Shown here: positions 62,970-64,000 of the stretch, piece by piece | Layout: every line of letters begins with the position of its first letter | Position numbering within the stretch: the first letter of the stretch is position 1 | Source of the DNA: Steroidobacteraceae bacterium | GTDB lineage: Bacteria > Pseudomonadota > Gammaproteobacteria > Steroidobacterales > Steroidobacteraceae | Direction of reading: 5' to 3' | NCBI GenBank assembly: GCA_035300445.1 | Contig: DATGVL010000048.1 | Location: forward strand, 13,361-77,360 | DNA: 64,000 nt | Position numbers and translations under genes: made by a program | The notes under the pieces: generated by a model | What the model was told of the DNA's origin: nothing | Databases searched by the model: none | What the model saw: only the letters and a program-made list of their open reading frames with translations

Positions 62970-64000
62970 ATGCACTCGCTCTACTGGCGGATCTTTCTCG
63001 CCTTCTGGGTGGCGCTGGCCCTGATCCTGGTGGGCACGGTCACGGTTGCGGTGAACGCCACCGCACACCGCACCGACCGCCCGTGGGTACAGCGCGGTCA
63101 GCTGTACGCACAGGCGGCGCGCGCCTTCGAGTCCGGCGGGCCCGAAGCGCTCAAGAGCTGGCTGCAATCGTTGCCCGCGGAACCCTTTGGCCGCACCTTC
63201 GTGGTAGAGCCCGCAGGCCGCGAGCTGCTCGGGCGGCCGCTGCCGTCTTCCTTGCGAGGTTCGCGCGACACGGCCACGGCCCGCGGCGGCGGCGCGCCGG
63301 CGGGTACCTCCGCAGGCGCCATTGCACCCGTCGGCGGGGCGCTGGTGTTGATTGCAGCGGGCGGGGGCACCTATCACGTCGTCATCGGTCCGGTGCGCGA
63401 CAGCCCACGGCTCTTCGGGGAGCTCGAGCTTCCGGGCGTGCCGCTTACGGTGCTGGCGATCGCCCTCGGGGTGAGCGCGGCCGTGTGTTTCTTTCTCGCC
63501 CGTTATCTCGCCGCGCCGGTGGATCGCCTGCGCCTGGCCACCCGGCAGATGGCAGAGGGCGACCTCAACGTGCGCGTGCTGCCGGCCCTCAGAGGGCGAC
63601 AGGATGATCTGGGTCTGCTCGCGGCGGACCTCGACACCATGGCCGAGCGGCTGCGGCTGCAGCTCGAGGCGAAACAGCAGCTGCTGCGCGACGTCTCCCA
63701 CGAGCTGCGCTCGCCGCTCGCGCGGCTGCAACTCGCCCTCTCGCTCGCCCGCCGCGAGGACGGTGCCCTGGAGCGCCACCTCGCCCGCATCGAGTGCGAG
63801 GCGCAACGCCTCGAAGCTCTCATCGCGCGCACGCTGAAGCTCGTGAGCCTGGAGCGCCCCGTGCACGCGCTCGAGCAGGCGAGCGTCGATGTCGGGGAAC
63901 TGCTGCGCACCATCGTCGCAGATGTGGCCATCGAGGCGGATGCGCAAGGCTGCCTCGTGCAAGTGCAGGCGCAGGACCCGTTGCCGGTGTCGGGTGATCC
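62970..64000 (+). CDS. Sensor histidine kinase (CpxA-like), 5' part; gene continues beyond right edge
   Basis: My translation from ATG at 62970 is open to the window end. It shows two TM segments, a HAMP region (LARYLAAPVDRLRLATRQMAEGDLNVRV) and an H-box (LLRDVSHELRSPLARLQLAL). Confidence 0.85.
   Translation, partial: MHSLYWRIFLAFWVALALILVGTVTVAVNATAHRTDRPWVQRGQLYAQAARAFESGGPEALKSWLQSLPAEPFGRTFVVEPAGRELLGRPLPSSLRGSRDTATARGGGAPAGTSAGAIAPVGGALVLIAAGGGTYHVVIGPVRDSPRLFGELELPGVPLTVLAIALGVSAAVCFFLARYLAAPVDRLRLATRQMAEGDLNVRVLPALRGRQDDLGLLAADLDTMAERLRLQLEAKQQLLRDVSHELRSPLARLQLALSLARREDGALERHLARIECEAQRLEALIARTLKLVSLERPVHALEQASVDVGELLRTIVADVAIEADAQGCLVQVQAQDPLPVSGD

Noticed and set aside
1-64000. Search by eye for CRISPR arrays, tRNA/rRNA genes, transposases, integrases, phage genes, toxin-antitoxin pairs or known defence-system genes.
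   Set aside because: I found none. All sizeable ORFs are accounted for by metabolic, transport, regulatory or envelope functions, and no spaced direct-repeat array is visible. Small RNAs cannot be excluded without covariance-model scans.

Overview
This is a very GC-rich proteobacterial chromosomal window (GC judged by eye, not computed). It is densely coding and dominated by lipid, storage-polymer and envelope functions. I saw no transposase, integrase, tRNA, rRNA or CRISPR array.

Gene order from left to right:
1. 1-9.6 kb: a compact hopanoid island. hpnJ and hpnI are divergent from the translationally coupled idi-hpnH-ispA-sqs-shc-hpnG-hpnA.
2. 9.6-14.2 kb: two MFS transporters flanking a secreted D-aminoacylase.
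3. 14.2-22.3 kb: a lipoprotein, a LytS/LytTR two-component pair, an uncharacterised protein, a TonB-dependent receptor, and a second LytS-type kinase that appears orphaned, with a short possible response-regulator remnant next to it.
4. 22.4-34.6 kb: panE and a PHA regulon (phaB, phaP and a class I phaC, an SDR, phaR, class III phaE-phaC). The regulon is interrupted by a flavin-dependent halogenase and two secreted peptidases/amidohydrolases.
5. 34.6-49.4 kb: a 16-gene co-directional type II FAS-like aryl-polyene cluster of the xanthomonadin type. It encodes a XanB2-like chorismatase, AMP-ligase, ACP, KS and KS-like partner, dehydratases, KR, GT2, LPLAT, an MMPL exporter, a LolA-like protein and a MipA/OmpV protein.
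6. 49.5-52.6 kb: an ABC system without a binding protein, with a duplicated permease.
7. 52.7-62.0 kb: an MdtABC-type RND efflux operon with a NodT-family outer-membrane factor.
8. 62.2-64.0 kb: a CpxRA-like two-component system; the kinase gene runs off the right edge.

I did not find a clear-cut new defence-type or otherwise unprecedented system. The most under-described items are:
- the variant xanthomonadin-like cluster, with its unlinked halogenase and a small His-repeat secreted protein as leading gene;
- the uncharacterised protein at 16737-17747;
- the Arg/Lys-rich tails on both PHA synthase systems;
- a putative shared PhaR operator;
- an apparently exported NAD-dependent dehydrogenase.

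Many long antisense ORFs in the track are artefacts of high GC.
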